Below are positions 27,840 through 38,588 of a DNA stretch of 64,000 nucleotides, one piece after another; the first letter of the stretch is position 1, and each line of letters opens with the position of its first letter. Where the stretch lies: positions 31,996-95,995 of the forward strand of contig JAHLVW010000047.1 in the NCBI GenBank assembly GCA_019058275.1, read 5' to 3'. Position numbers and translations under genes: made by a program. This stretch comes from Candidatus Heimdallarchaeota archaeon (lineage in GTDB: Archaea > Asgardarchaeota > Heimdallarchaeia > JABLTI01). The notes under the pieces are model-generated. The model was not told the DNA's origin. It saw only the letters and a program-made list of their open reading frames with translations, and ran no database searches.

Positions 27840-29486
27840 ATGGATTTGGAAACTGATATCCTTATTATTGGTGGTGGTAGTGCAGGATGTATGGCTGCAA
27901 TTGTAGCTAAAGAACAAAATCCTAATGTTGATGTTTTAATTATTGAAAAGGGTGAAATTCATAGAAGCGGCTCAATAGCTATGGGAATGGATGCATTAAA
28001 TATAGTAGTTCAACCTGGGAAAGCTTCTTCAGAAACATATGTCGAATCTGCTCGTATTGCAGCAGGTGGTATTTTAGACCCAAAACTAAGTTATGTTCTA
28101 GCAGAGAATAGTTTCTCAATGTTAAAACGTCTGGAAGATTGGGGAGTTCGATTCCCTCGAAATGATGATGGTGAATATATAACATTGCAAGTTCATGCAA
28201 AAGGAGCATTTATGGTGGAAATGGATGCTCCAGACCTTAAAGTTATTCTTGCGCAAAAAGTTGAGGAAGTAGGCGTACGAGTAATTAACCGTGTAATAAT
28301 TACCAACCTTCTTGTTTCTAAAAGACGAGTAACTGGTGCTATAGGATTCAACTATCGAACTGGTGAATTTACTGTCTGCTCTGCTAAAGCTACTATTCTT
28401 GCAAATGGAGGTTGTGCTCGATTTTCTCTTCCAAACTCCGGTTACTTATATGGTATATTTGATTATCCAGGGAATGCTGGTGATGGTTATTCAATGGCTT
28501 TTCGAGCTGGTGCCAAACTCACTGGGTTTGAGTGTCCCCAAAGCTCTCCACTTATCAAAGACTTTAATTGTCCACTACTCTATATAACACTCACTCGGGG
28601 GGCAGAAGTAATCAATGCATTTGGTGATAAGATTGTTCTCGAATACTTATCCACTCAAACTATGCTGAAAGAACTACATGAAGGAAGAGGACCAATATTC
28701 ATCAAAATGAACCATCTGCCGGAGGAGAAGATTCAAGATATTGAACGGATTCTTTTCACAACTGAACGACCTACTCAGAAAAAATTCTGGGAAGGACGAG
28801 GTATAGATTTTAGAGAAGGAATGATTGAATTAGGAGAAACAGAATTTCAACTCTGTGGGGGACATGGAATTACTGGAATTCTTGTGAATGAGAAAGCGGA
28901 AACTTCACTTAAGAATCTTTACGCTGTTGGGGATGTAGCAAGTGTACCAATGCAACATTTATCTGGAGCTTTTGTTTTTGGGGAAATTGCTGGAAAGAAT
29001 GCTGCTACATTAGTTAGAAAAACTCAAAGACAAGAGTTGGATAAATCATTCATTAAAGCTGAAGAAAAACGAATATTCAAAATGTTTGATGAAAAAGGTG
29101 AAGGAACAGATATTACTCCAACTGAACTTGAATATAAGGTTCGACGTATGATAAGTGACTATGTTGTTCCTCCGAAAAATGAACGCAAATTACAAGAAGC
29201 CTTATGGTGGATCCAAAGATTTCGTAATGATTTGAAAACTATAAAAGCAAAGGACTATCATGAGTTAAGCCGATTAGAAGAAGTACGGTTTATTCTTGAT
29301 TGTGCAGAACTTTCAACAACAGCTTCATTAGAACGAAAAGAGAGTCGTTGGGGTTGGTTCCATTATCGAACTGATTATCCAGAACAAGATGATAAGAATT
29401 GGTTATCCCGAATTATACTCGAGAAAGATGGAGAGTCAGGAGAGATAAAAGTAGCCTTACAACCAGTAGATAATAGAGGATTGTAA
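27840..29486 (+). CDS. FAD-dependent oxidoreductase, SdhA/AprA superfamily (AsfA/AprA-like)
   Basis: IIGGGSAG FAD motif, SGSIAMGMDALN, NAGDGYSMAFRAGA, LYAVGD, RKESRWG..HYRTDYP. Confidence 0.85.
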   Translation: MDLETDILIIGGGSAGCMAAIVAKEQNPNVDVLIIEKGEIHRSGSIAMGMDALNIVVQPGKASSETYVESARIAAGGILDPKLSYVLAENSFSMLKRLEDWGVRFPRNDDGEYITLQVHAKGAFMVEMDAPDLKVILAQKVEEVGVRVINRVIITNLLVSKRRVTGAIGFNYRTGEFTVCSAKATILANGGCARFSLPNSGYLYGIFDYPGNAGDGYSMAFRAGAKLTGFECPQSSPLIKDFNCPLLYITLTRGAEVINAFGDKIVLEYLSTQTMLKELHEGRGPIFIKMNHLPEEKIQDIERILFTTERPTQKKFWEGRGIDFREGMIELGETEFQLCGGHGITGILVNEKAETSLKNLYAVGDVASVPMQHLSGAFVFGEIAGKNAATLVRKTQRQELDKSFIKAEEKRIFKMFDEKGEGTDITPTELEYKVRRMISDYVVPPKNERKLQEALWWIQRFRNDLKTIKAKDYHELSRLEEVRFILDCAELSTTASLERKESRWGWFHYRTDYPEQDDKNWLSRIILEKDGESGEIKVALQPVDNRGL

Positions 29487-29487
29487 A

Positions 29488-29682
29488 ATGCCATTAAAAA
29501 TAGACATTAAACGTTGCACTAGCTGTGGAATTTGTATGGATCGCTGCCCTATGGATATTATAAGATTGAATGAAGAAGGAATACCATTTCAACTGTATGA
29601 TGAATGTTGGTCTTGTGGAGTTTGTGAAGAGGATTGCCCTGAAAAAGCATTAACATTAATATTACCATATTTAGTGAGATGA
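29488..29682 (+). CDS. 2x[4Fe-4S] ferredoxin (AprB/AsfB-like)
   Basis: CTSCGICMDRCP and ECWSCGVCEEDCP; LPYL C-terminus; 1 nt after the flavoprotein gene. Confidence 0.9.
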   Translation: MPLKIDIKRCTSCGICMDRCPMDIIRLNEEGIPFQLYDECWSCGVCEEDCPEKALTLILPYLVR

Positions 29683-29695
29683 ATTGCCTAAAAAG

Positions 29696-29771
29696 TGGTG
29701 CACCTCCCGGGATTTGAACCCGGGTTCCGACCTTGGGAGGGTCGAGTCTTACCAGGCTGGACCAGAGGTGC
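29696..29771 (-). tRNA. tRNA-Gly(CCC), intronless, CCA encoded
   Basis: GCACCUC/GAGGUGC acceptor stem, CGACC-CUCCCAA-GGUCG anticodon arm, CCGGG-UUCAAAU-CCCGG T arm, ACCA end. Confidence 0.97.
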
Positions 29772-29927
29772 AAATAATATACGCGAACTTTCTACTCAAA
29801 ATCTTCATCATGTTTTTCAGAAGGGCCAGAGCGATCATCGTTCGCGTAATAAAGAATTCGTTTTCTATAGCAAAAAAAGTTTTCGAGAAGTACGTATAGT
29901 AAATAAATTAATAGTATTATTTCTTCT

Positions 29928-30629
29928 TTAATTCCTTTCTTTCAACCTTTTTTGAACTACCTCACTTGTTAATTCTCTTATTGCGTCTGAAGCTATCCAT
30001 TTGGCACTTTTGGATTCAAAAACATTGATTTCATATGCTGTTTTTAGAACCTTCTCGTTCAAGTATAGATTTCGTTTGCCAATTTGACGTAAAGCCCAAT
30101 TTACTGCTTTCTTAACCATATTCCTTTCATCATTTGCTTCCCTTTTGATTATTTGTAAGAATTTAATCAATTCATCTTCGTCAGCGTTTTTATCAAATGC
30201 TGTTATAAAAGCCATGATAGCAAATCCTGCTCGTTTTACATACTCCTCTTCCCTTTTAGTCCAATCATAACATTTCTGATAAGCAAATTGTGTTTTTCTA
30301 AATAGGTTCATACAACATTGATCACAAATCTCCCAATAATCAAATTCCTTTACCCATACTTCCATTTGTTCTTCAGTAATTAGTTTTGGGTCCTCAATCA
30401 TACAAGCTAAAATCCTTGTCTCTCGAGTATCATTTTTCCATAATTTTTTTGCTAATTTAGAATTATATCCTGCTTCTTTAGCTATAGAACGTAGTACAGG
30501 GATTTTCACACCATAGTCTCTATCTGGAGTAATTCCAACTTTAGCCATTCCAGAAATAGCTGAAACATCAGCATTTTCTTTCAATTTCTGGATTATATCA
30601 TTATATGTTAAGATTCTTTTTTCTTTCAT
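29928..30629 (-). CDS. DNA alkylation repair protein (AlkD-like HEAT glycosylase family)
   Basis: GVKIPVLR, LW..RETRILA, WEICDQCC, DERNMVKKAVNWALRQIGK; start placed at MKEKRIL because the longer ORF overlaps ssb. Confidence 0.88.
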   Translation of the reverse strand: MKEKRILTYNDIIQKLKENADVSAISGMAKVGITPDRDYGVKIPVLRSIAKEAGYNSKLAKKLWKNDTRETRILACMIEDPKLITEEQMEVWVKEFDYWEICDQCCMNLFRKTQFAYQKCYDWTKREEEYVKRAGFAIMAFITAFDKNADEDELIKFLQIIKREANDERNMVKKAVNWALRQIGKRNLYLNEKVLKTAYEINVFESKSAKWIASDAIRELTSEVVQKRLKERN

Positions 30630-30690
30630 AAAATCCCCAGGAAAAAATCTTGGTAAAATAGTAATAAAAGGAAAATTAAAAGAAAAAAAA

Positions 30691-31056
30691 TTAATCTTCC
30701 TCTGCGCTTTCTTCAATAAATTTATTCAAAATTGTTTGAGCATCAGGAAAAGATTCATCTTCAATTTTTTCCATCGTTCCTGCTCTCCCTATTGATAGTT
30801 GCGGTTTTCCTTGCCAAACGTTACAATAACCTTCTTGAATCTCAAGCAAATCACCAAAGCTAGCATCATTGATTTTGCTGCCCCAAAGACTTAGTGTAAC
30901 TGTGCCTGTTTCATCGCCAACTTTGAAATCACAAACACGTGAACGACCATATTTGGTATTAACTGATCTGGGTTCGTTCTTTGCTATAACTCTAACTCTG
31001 ATATTAATACCTGGTTGCTTCACAGCTTGGAGATCCTTTACTTTTATGAATGTCAT
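30691..31056 (-). CDS. ssb: single OB-fold ssDNA-binding protein (SSB/RPA type)
   Basis: KVKDL, V.TKYG..RV, VGDETGTVTLSLW, GY...WQGKPQLSIGRAG. Confidence 0.85.
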   Translation of the reverse strand: MTFIKVKDLQAVKQPGINIRVRVIAKNEPRSVNTKYGRSRVCDFKVGDETGTVTLSLWGSKINDASFGDLLEIQEGYCNVWQGKPQLSIGRAGTMEKIEDESFPDAQTILNKFIEESAEED

Positions 31057-31247
31057 TTATAGACCTCTTAGATTATTATTATTACATTGAGATACTTTAT
31101 TCGTAGACTTTCTTTTATTAGTATATTTCTGAAAAAAAAGTCTTTTTTGAGTATTTTTTAATAAACTAAGTTAAGGTTATAACTTGGAAAGTAAGCATTA
31201 GTTTTTTAAGAAACAAGTTATCTAATATCTAGAGGAGTTTACTAAAA

Positions 31248-31763
31248 ATGACTAAAAAACACCCATCAATTGAACATGAGTTTTCAGCTATTTGGATGGA
31301 TGATTTTGCTGATATAATTAAAGATGCAGTGGATTTCAAAAAACAAGCTCAAGTAAATGGTTTCGATTTATCTATAAAAGAAATATTCTCTTTCAAAGGT
31401 GAAGGAGCAATAGATTTTGATAACTCAAAAAGAGTCTTACCTGAGTACGAACCTCTTGAATTGGTTGATAGAGAATACTGGCAACTAGAACCTGGTTCTT
31501 ATGTTATTCGGTACAATGAAATTGTTAGTGTGCCACTGAATGCTGTTGGTATAATTCAGTCGCGAAGCACAATGCTAAGAATGGGTGCAATGATGGTTGG
31601 AGCTTGGTGGGATTCAGGATATTCCGGACGAGGACAAGGACTCCTTATTGCAAATAGACCAATTAAGGTTTATAAGAATGCAAGAGTAGCTCAAATTGTT
31701 TTTATTCTAACCAAAAAAGCAGATAAAGGTTATGAGGGCAAATACCAAAACGAGGCCAAATGA
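31248..31763 (+). CDS. dut: archaeal dUTPase (dCTP deaminase/dUTPase family)
   Basis: QVNGFDLS, RSTMLRMG, WDSGYSG, ARVAQIVF, YEGKYQ. Confidence 0.8.
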   Translation: MTKKHPSIEHEFSAIWMDDFADIIKDAVDFKKQAQVNGFDLSIKEIFSFKGEGAIDFDNSKRVLPEYEPLELVDREYWQLEPGSYVIRYNEIVSVPLNAVGIIQSRSTMLRMGAMMVGAWWDSGYSGRGQGLLIANRPIKVYKNARVAQIVFILTKKADKGYEGKYQNEAK

Positions 31764-31836
31764 CCTTTTTTTTGTTTTTTATATTTTTTTTACAGTTTGA
31801 CAAGCTTTAAATACTACTTAATATCATAATGGGTTG

Positions 31837-31867
31837 GAGGTCTGACTTCAGTTAGAGGTCTTACCTC
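31837..31867 (+). promoter_or_regulatory. tandem palindromic operator-like sites GAGGT-N3-ACYTC downstream of a TATA box
   Basis: gaggtctgacttc (31837-31849) and gaggtcttacctc (31855-31867); TTTAAATA at about 31806. Confidence 0.45.
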
Positions 31868-31962
31868 AATATATTCTAAAATTTCTACCTTTGATTTGAA
31901 TTATAGTTATTGTAACAGACAGGAGAAAAGGCAATGTTACAATTTAAAGGTTGAAATACTAA

Positions 31963-34900
31963 ATGTTTTGCAAATGGAAAGATCGCAAAAAAGGCGATAA
32001 AGAAAAACAATCGAAAGATACAGAAAAAAATTCACCAAAAAGCAATAAACGAAGAATGGATGCATTTTTCATTTGGTTAGGGAAGTTTGTAACAAAAAAT
32101 TACAAAATTATACTCATTGTTGGTGCACTTTCAGCTGCAGCTGCAATTTATCCTGCTATATTATTGCAAGGTGAATTAAAGTACAATGACCAAGATTTCA
32201 TTCCTCAAAATCTGGAGAGTGATATTAGTAAGTCTCTATTAGATGAGCAATTTCCATCTAATATCTCGCGTTCTTCGACGATTATTGTTTTAGATTCAGA
32301 TGAAGAAATTACTTCAAGTGCAAATTTAAATTTCATTAATAACTTAACTGAGCGTATTGAACAGTCACGTTACAGAACATTTGCTACCAATGTTGAAAGC
32401 ATTGTATCAGTTTATGATTTTTATATAAATTCATATTGGGATGGCATGAATGAAACATCTGATTTAATTTATGACATAATATTAGAGAATGTTACTTATG
32501 CAAATGCTACATTACAAGGAGGTGTATTGAATTAGAGACATTATTAGAACAGATATCTGGATTATATATGATGAGCTGGTTCAATTTTTCACGAACATAC
32601 TTCTATGATAATTATGATGCTAATCTTTTTACCTATGGACCAATGAATACTACAGTTATTCAAACAATACAAACGGATACAGACTTTACAGCTGGATTTG
32701 CTATCACACCGGAATAGATCCAGTTAGTATATTAAACAATCAAGAATGGTTTACCACATTATAGTTATGTGAATGACGCAATAATTAACAGCTTAACATT
32801 AGATTTTGTTAATACGACTCTCTATACAGCACTTAACTATACAATTGAAGAATATAATCAACTAGTTTATCCCTATGTCCAGTTATACAACGAAAATTGG
32901 TTTACATATTTTGAAATACAAATTACCCAGCTAGGTGATAGTATAATAAATGGTACTCATCTCTTGAATAATAATTATGAGAATTCAAGTATTATTGATG
33001 CTTACACAAGTCAAGGACTAGTTTTGAATCAACTGGGATTAATTAATGCAACTGTTTGGAACAACATTAGTATCAAGGATTTGATTCTTTCACAAGCAGA
33101 CTAATTTTTCAGTTTTGAAGGAACAGGCTTTGAGGATTTTATAGATCCTGCATTGATACCGATATTGTTAGAACAAATATATGATCTTGGTCCAAATCCG
33201 GAACAATACTATTTGGATTTATTATCTGTTAGCATAACAAACATGATAATGAAAAAAATAATTTCTAATTCTCCACCTTCCACATCAAATCAAGATTTTT
33301 GTAATGATCAGCAGTTTAGCATAATTGTCATGTGACTTCTTAGCAAAGATGGAAAAACAGCAATAATACAAATAACATATGATACAGCACTTTACAATAA
33401 CTCAGATAATCTTCATAAAGCACTAGTTGAAACTGATGCTTGGATTGGTGAAGTTGCACATAGTCTCATAATTGATTTAAATCTCACACAATCACGAGTA
33501 TATCACACAGGTGATATTTATCTACTTGAGAGTATAGTAACATACTCTGAAGAAGGAGCAAGTAATATCGATATTATTGTTGCTATATTGGTTTTTATTG
33601 TACTGATTTTAATCTTTACAAGTTTAGTTGCACCAATAGTACCACTGATTATAATAGGTATCTCTATTGCAGTATCATTTGCATTTCTATATTGGATTGC
33701 CCAAATAATGAATATACATTATCTGAGCACCTTGCTTTTAACTATTGTTTCAATGGGTGCTGGAGTTGATTACTCTATATTCATTTATTCCAGATATCTC
33801 GAGGAGTTGAAGAAAGGTAAATCCAAAGAAGAAGCGGTTCAAAAAGCAGTCCTATTTGCAGGTGAGTCTGTATTTCATTCAGGTTTGACAGTATTAGTTG
33901 GATTTGGAGCACTAATCATTCCTAATTTCCCAATTTTAAGATGTCTAGGTATTGCTATGATGATTGGCATTTCGTTTTCAATAATGTCAGCATTATTGAT
34001 TGTACCATCAATGTTAATGCTCTTAGGAAATGCTGTTTTTTGGCCTAAAGGATTAAACAGAATATTACGAACACAAAAATGGTTTAAGAAATCACAAACG
34101 AAAACTGATGAAATACCAAACATGGATTCAAAAGATGTTCCAGATGGGACAACGAAAAGTAGGAAGCGAATTAAGAAAGAGCGAAAGAAGTAAATTAATG
34201 AAAAGAAAGAATCATTTACTCTTCGATTTGGTAGATTTGTAACTAAAAATGGTTCAATGTTCTTTATCATTTCACTTGTAGCTTTTACACCATTCGTATA
34301 TTTTGCAGTAACAATGGAAACAAGTACTGACTTCATGAATATGTTACCTTCCGATTTTGAAGGTAATACTGCAAGAAATATACTAAGTAATAAAATGGCT
34401 TTTGGCAATCCATTCTCTACAACAATATTATTCCATGATTTACCAGATGATCCTGCATCTATGAAAAGTCTCTATGATACAGATCGATTATGTAATCGAA
34501 TTCTCACAATGGATCATGTAAAAACAATTAGAACTACTGTAAGACCATTAGGAGGATTTGCAGCTATACCGTATACAAATCCGAATGCATTAGAATTTTA
34601 CACTGATTTAATTCAACAATTCATTGGTGAAGATGGACGTACATTTTACATGGAGGTCTATCTTGATGTTGATGCATATTCTCGAGAAGCATACGAATTT
34701 GTTCGAGATTTAAACCAAAATCTAGATGCAATAATCAATGATAACGATATTGAGACTTTCATAAACTGTGAACTATATGTCATCTGTGTTGCTCGTGTTT
34801 ACTTAGAGATGCAACAAGTTACTAACAACTCATATCCAATTATTGTTCCAGTTGTTATTGTAGGTGTTTTCCTAATATTGTTCTTCTTATTCGGATCTTA

Positions 34901-35597
34901 TTTTACACCTGTTAGATTGATTATAACGATAGGCATGAGTATATTGTTTACTCTAGCAATGGTCAATTTGGTGTATTTCTTCGGATTTGGAGCTCCGATA
35001 TTATGGTTACTTCCAATCATGATGTTTTCAATTTTGATGGGCTTGGGACTTGATTATGATATCTTCCTTGTCTCGAGAGTCAAAGAATATTGTGAAGCTG
35101 GAATGACCGACAATGATGCTATAGCTCATTCGCTTGAACACATTAGTACTATAATTACATCCTGTGGAATAGTAATGGCTGCAGCATTTAGTTCACTTAT
35201 GTTTTCAAATCTTTGGCATATCAACGAATTGGGATTCGCATTTACATTCTCAATAATATTGGATGCTATATTTATTTGGTTAGTGTTAGTACCATCAATA
35301 ATGGTCCTACTAGAGAAATTAAACTGGAAAGGACCTAAAAGATTGCAAAAAATACATCGAGATCCAATAGTTCAAGCTACTATGAAAACATTGGGTGATA
35401 ATATCGGGATAGAAATATACAGTAGAGAATTAAAGGAAACATTAGAAGAATACGTAAAGAATTCTTCACAGCAAACAAATCCGTCTGTGTTAATTGACGA
35501 AATGATTCCTATCATAGAAGAATCCATTGAAACAAATAAAGTCACAGATGAGATTAAAATAGCAATGATTACCTCAATTGAAGCTGTGGATAATTAA
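31963..35597 (+). pseudogene. MMPL/RND family transporter, disrupted
   Basis: MGAGVDYSIF..SRYLEE, GLGLDYDIFLVSRVKE and LSKDGKTA motifs; one frameshift near 32534, then in-frame stops at 32715, 32733, 33102, 33333 and 34191. Confidence 0.88.
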
Positions 35598-35672
35598 TCA
35601 ACTAAATAGTTACTTCTCAGGATGAGAAGTACATTTTCTATTTTTTATCAGCATTTTGCTGGTCTTTTCTTC

Positions 35673-36074
35673 TCAAAAAAAAATTGCGAAAAGGTCTTCT
35701 ATCTGCTCTAAAGCTCTTTTGGCTGGTAGTACTGCTAAACCTGATCTCCTAGCTTTTTGACCTTTAAATTTAATACCCATAGTAAAATTAGCAGATCTAG
35801 CTATTAGAAGACTGCCTTGTTCAGTTCTTATATTCATGTGTCTAAATTTATCTTCAGAATTTATACTTTGCAATGCTAACAAGGAACTAATGCTTTTTAT
35901 AGTATCAACAAGCAGCGCTGCTGTGCCTTCCACATTAATTGATCCTTTATGTTCATGTACACTGCAACATGGTAATCCTTCTTCTGTTGTAAGTACAATA
36001 TCAGAAGCACATGCTCTTTCCATCAAAGCACGTAGGATTTTCTCAGCAGTTTCATTTATTGACTCATCTTCCAT
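35673..36074 (-). CDS. roadblock/LC7 (MglB-like) domain protein
   Basis: IVLTTEEGLP, EGTAALL, FRHMNIRTEQGSLLI, GLA...KRALEQI pattern. Confidence 0.8.
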   Translation of the reverse strand: MEDESINETAEKILRALMERACASDIVLTTEEGLPCCSVHEHKGSINVEGTAALLVDTIKSISSLLALQSINSEDKFRHMNIRTEQGSLLIARSANFTMGIKFKGQKARRSGLAVLPAKRALEQIEDLFAIFF

Positions 36075-36241
36075 AAATAAACCTCAATTTAAAGGATCAA
36101 TCTAAGTCTTTCATTATCTCTTAAATAATTTTCAATGGTTACATTTAGAAAGAACACAATATCCTATAAAGACTTAATGTTATAACCATTCTTCTCTTCG
36201 ATAAAATTTAAGTCACATTTAATCTGAATTGCAATTGCTAA

Positions 36242-36997
36242 TTAAAATAACAAGGGATATGCGAGCTCATGAAGGATTTCGTATTTCTTTCTTTCAAAAT
36301 CTGCTTCATCCAACAATTCGTTAAGGAATGTAAATTCATATTCATTTAACGCTACAGGGAAAACCTTCTTATCGATTTCTTCTGTCTTTACTTCCAAGAA
36401 TTTCAGAATCAATGGACCAAGATAACCAGTTTCTGCATATATTTGAACAATCCAATGGAAGAAATTCATTAGTTCACTTATTGTTTCATTTGGGATAGCA
36501 TCAACGATAATGTTGTAGGATGTCATTAATGCTGCTCTTCTTGTAAGATAATCTTTAGTGTCACCTATTTCGATTAAAGGTGGTAACAGATCAATGTTTG
36601 CCCAACTAGATAATGCCATAATTATAGCGTATTGCAAATCTTCCTTGCTTTTCTTCATAATATCTAACAAAACTGGTAGAGAATCATCATGTCCGATTTT
36701 ACCAAGTGCTTCTATAATAGCAAGTCGTTGAGCCAATGAAGCTTCATTTAATTCGAGGTGCAATTGTCGTACGATATCTTTGTTTGGCTTCTTTTCATAA
36801 ACTCTTGCAATAGCCATTGAACATGCATTTCTTACATTCCAAGATGGATCTTCTAATCTATCAATGAGCTTGTCAATGGATTCTAAACCACCGACATCAA
36901 GAAGTGTTAAAGCTCCTTTAACTCTATCAATTTCTTTCTCTGAAAGAAGACGTCTTCTTGCTCTTCCTCTTTGAAATGCTCTTCTAATAAACGCCAT
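36242..36997 (-). CDS. HEAT-repeat protein
   Basis: LIDRLEDPSWNVRNAC..AI, QRLAIIEALGKIG..SLPVLL, TRRAAL repeats; ATG after GAAGGTG SD. Confidence 0.85.
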   Translation of the reverse strand: MAFIRRAFQRGRARRRLLSEKEIDRVKGALTLLDVGGLESIDKLIDRLEDPSWNVRNACSMAIARVYEKKPNKDIVRQLHLELNEASLAQRLAIIEALGKIGHDDSLPVLLDIMKKSKEDLQYAIIMALSSWANIDLLPPLIEIGDTKDYLTRRAALMTSYNIIVDAIPNETISELMNFFHWIVQIYAETGYLGPLILKFLEVKTEEIDKKVFPVALNEYEFTFLNELLDEADFERKKYEILHELAYPLLF

Positions 36998-36998
36998 T

Positions 36999-38588
36999 TT
37001 ATGCACCTTCTTGTTGACTTACAACCTCATCAATCAACACTCTTACAGAAGCTAATTTTGATTGACTCATCTTTTTCAGATGACTGTAATCTACTTTCTT
37101 TCTTGTTTTAGCAGTACCATAGATTGCCTCTGATGTTCTACCAGTATCTTCTTCATCTTCAGTTTCTTGTTTTTTAATGAAATCTAATAGTTCTTTTGAA
37201 ATGTCAATTGCACGAGTATATATTGGTATGTCCCATGGTGAAAGAGGGTTTTCGTCTAATTTTCCTACTGAAAGGAGTGTTCCAACAACCATTCTATCCA
37301 TTTTCTTAAACATTATAATATCTGGAAAACCTGGAGTTGGCATTTTGAAATCCTCACGATAAAGGAGACTATGATTATGTAATATGAGTAATTGTTCCAA
37401 GCTAATAGATTCATCATCTATCTCAAAAACATAAATAGGTTTAGCATCTACTTTGACATAACCATAGAATTGAAAAGCTGAGCTTCCAGCAAACCATAGA
37501 CCGACATTGATACATTGATTTTTGTTAATATATTTAATATAATCATCTAATTGATCCCAAATATTTTCATAAATATTCCAAGTCTTGCGCCAATAACCAC
37601 TAGTATCAGAATGCCAATAAACATTTCTTGATTGTAAATTTTCTCGAAGTTCCTTAAGAATTTTGCGAACTTCTGGTCCTCCTCCAGCTTTGTTTATCAA
37701 ATCTAAGTCACTTTGCATCTCGAGAGCTTGTTTAATCACTTCTTTAGGTTGATCAATAATCTCTTCAAAACCCATCTCTAGAAGTTTTCTTGACAGATTA
37801 TTAACTGGCGGTCCATAAAGTGGTTTCAGCAATTTGGGTATAGTGCTAAATGGATATTCACCTTTTTCGAGTATCTTTTCTGCAATATTTTTGTGAATAT
37901 AATTTGCAAAAGCTTCAGTTAGAAATCCTGTGAGATTTTTCTTCTTAAGCAAATCAGATCTTTTGTTAATATAGCTAATAATTTCTAACAAGAAATTTTG
38001 AAATAATGTAACCTTCCTGGATGATTCAGGTGGAATATAGAATTCTTGAACACCAAATGTTGATAGTAATCTAATTACAGCTACCATATCTTGGAAATAT
38101 GGTAAACCCCACGTAATTTGCTTGTCTTCCTTTAATCCATAAGCATTGTTCATGATCAGTTCTTTTATAATCATGTCCATTCGGTAGATTTCAGTTCGTG
38201 TTTCACTATCATTTGATGCACTTTTATCAGCAAAATAAGCATGAGCAAATGCATGAATAAGCATAACTCTTAACGTGAAATCTCTTTCTGGATTATCCTC
38301 TAATTCGAAGGGTAAACTCATGTAAATCATTGTTGGCTTGCTAGGAAAAATCGATATACATTCATCAGGTAGGAAATCTCTTGATCTAGATTTTCTTAAA
38401 CTTTCAATCATCTCTTGTGAAAGTACAGCATGTGGACTACCACCTAATTCCATTATTTGATAAAGACTTGAATGTAATTCGGGGTCGATGAAAACCAGTA
38501 CTTTGTAATCTTCTGGTACTTCACCAACGAAATCTTCGAAATCTTTTCTAGCTTGATTATAAATTTCAACTAATCGTGGATTGTCCAA
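36999..38588 (-). CDS. hypothetical protein with degenerate zincin-like motif (HAxxH...E)
   Basis: VMLIHAFAHAYF and downstream LTEAFANY; overlaps the vWA gene and abuts the HEAT gene. Confidence 0.55.
   Translation of the reverse strand: MDNPRLVEIYNQARKDFEDFVGEVPEDYKVLVFIDPELHSSLYQIMELGGSPHAVLSQEMIESLRKSRSRDFLPDECISIFPSKPTMIYMSLPFELEDNPERDFTLRVMLIHAFAHAYFADKSASNDSETRTEIYRMDMIIKELIMNNAYGLKEDKQITWGLPYFQDMVAVIRLLSTFGVQEFYIPPESSRKVTLFQNFLLEIISYINKRSDLLKKKNLTGFLTEAFANYIHKNIAEKILEKGEYPFSTIPKLLKPLYGPPVNNLSRKLLEMGFEEIIDQPKEVIKQALEMQSDLDLINKAGGGPEVRKILKELRENLQSRNVYWHSDTSGYWRKTWNIYENIWDQLDDYIKYINKNQCINVGLWFAGSSAFQFYGYVKVDAKPIYVFEIDDESISLEQLLILHNHSLLYREDFKMPTPGFPDIIMFKKMDRMVVGTLLSVGKLDENPLSPWDIPIYTRAIDISKELLDFIKKQETEDEEDTGRTSEAIYGTAKTRKKVDYSHLKKMSQSKLASVRVLIDEVVSQQEGA

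Noticed and set aside
27840-29682. Evidence for dissimilatory sulfate reduction (true aprAB)
   Set aside because: Ferredoxin lacks the long AprB tail, order is A then B, and no sat/qmo/dsr lies nearby; better treated as AprA/AsfA-like
29558-29931. Three ORFs overlapping 29696-29771
   Set aside because: They are translations of the GC-rich tRNA-Gly gene
32715-34193. Stop-codon recoding (Sec/Pyl or alternative code) in the MMPL gene
   Set aside because: All three stop types occur together with a frameshift, and other genes end normally on TAA, TAG and TGA
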